Shown here piece by piece: positions 36,456 through 37,004 of a DNA stretch of 37,004 nucleotides (within the stretch, counting starts at the first letter, position 1; every line of letters starts with the position of its first letter). Under the pieces are notes generated by a model that saw only the letters and a list, made by a program, of their open reading frames with translations, had not been told where the DNA came from and did not search any database. The stretch lies in the NCBI GenBank assembly GCA_050012475.1, contig JBEKHC010000049.1:1-37004 (forward strand), read 5' to 3'. Position numbers and translations under genes: made by a program. This stretch comes from Candidatus Velthaea sp. (GTDB taxonomy: Bacteria > Vulcanimicrobiota > Vulcanimicrobiia > Vulcanimicrobiales > Vulcanimicrobiaceae).

Positions 36456-37004
36456 TTAGGCGGTTGCGGCGGTCGCCTTGATCCGGCTGGGATCGACCTT
36501 GACGCCGGGCCCCATGGTGCTCGAGAGCGAAATCGAGCGCAGGTAGATTCCCTTCGCGGCAGCCGGCTTGGCCCGCACGATGGCGTCGAGCAGGGTGGCC
36601 ACGTTTTCCGCCAGGTGATCTTGCTCGAAGCTGGCCTTGCCGACGATCGCGTGGACGATCCCGGTTTTGTCCAGGCGATACTCGACTTTCCCGGCCTTGA
36701 TGTCTTTGACTGCGGCGGCCGGATTGGGCGTCACCGTGCCGGATTTGGGGTTGGGCATTTTCTGCGCGAGGATGCGGCCCAGCTCTTTCCCGATCTGGGC
36801 CATCATGTCGGGCGTCGCCACCGCGACGTCGAAGTCACTGAATCCGCCCTTGACCCGTTCGATCAAGTCGGCCTCACCGACCACATCCGCGCCCGCCGCC
36901 TCGGCCGCGCGTGCGTTGTCGCCCCGCGCGAAGACGATGACGCGAACTGTGCGCCCCGTGCCGTGCGGGAGATTGACCACGCCGCGAACGTTCTGATCGG
37001 ACTT
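36456..37004 (-). CDS. rplA: 50S ribosomal protein L1 (5' partial)
   Basis: [29 protein letters not shown]. Confidence 0.97.
   Translation of the reverse strand, partial: KSDQNVRGVVNLPHGTGRTVRVIVFARGDNARAAEAAGADVVGEADLIERVKGGFSDFDVAVATPDMMAQIGKELGRILAQKMPNPKSGTVTPNPAAAVKDIKAGKVEYRLDKTGIVHAIVGKASFEQDHLAENVATLLDAIVRAKPAAAKGIYLRSISLSSTMGPGVKVDPSRIKATAATA

Noticed and set aside
104..36996. Many long alternative-frame and antisense ORFs (e.g. 4768-6126, 12389-13822, 15719-17125, 23618-25303)
   Set aside because: Arg/Ala/Pro-rich shadows of real genes, expected at this GC content; no family motifs

Overview
High-GC bacterial chromosome segment, mostly housekeeping. Firmicutes-like recG-rsmD-coaD-ylbL synteny with high GC suggests Eremiobacterota/Vulcanimicrobiota, but this is inference only. 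Contents in order: DUF2945 ORF, divergent photolyase/cryptochrome, lipoprotein cytochrome c, PsiE-like protein, a long minus-strand run (Cof HAD, hypothetical, moaD, moaE, alpha/beta hydrolase, moeB, rfbC, aldo-keto reductase, queG, LolA-like, moaA), Ni/Co-transporter-like protein, orphan ATP-grasp ligase, DUF1345, phoU-aminotransferase V-XRE/STAND unit, enoyl-CoA hydratase, a TlpA-thioredoxin/peptide-binding-protein fusion divergent from a DUF2249-Crp/Fnr fusion, the hisF-hisIE-recG-HAD-rsmD-coaD-ylbL run, a SpoIIE phosphatase abutting tRNA-Cys/tRNA-Gly, M48 protease, MalT-like fragment, HD-GYP protein, and rplA, GNAT, L10 leader, rplJ, rplL. No transposase, integrase, phage or CRISPR array was seen. 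The best novelty candidates are the two head-to-head fusion genes (19872-22930), the photolyase homologue lacking canonical repair residues, and several genes without a canonical start codon or with small deletions. All family calls come from motif recognition by eye, not database searches.
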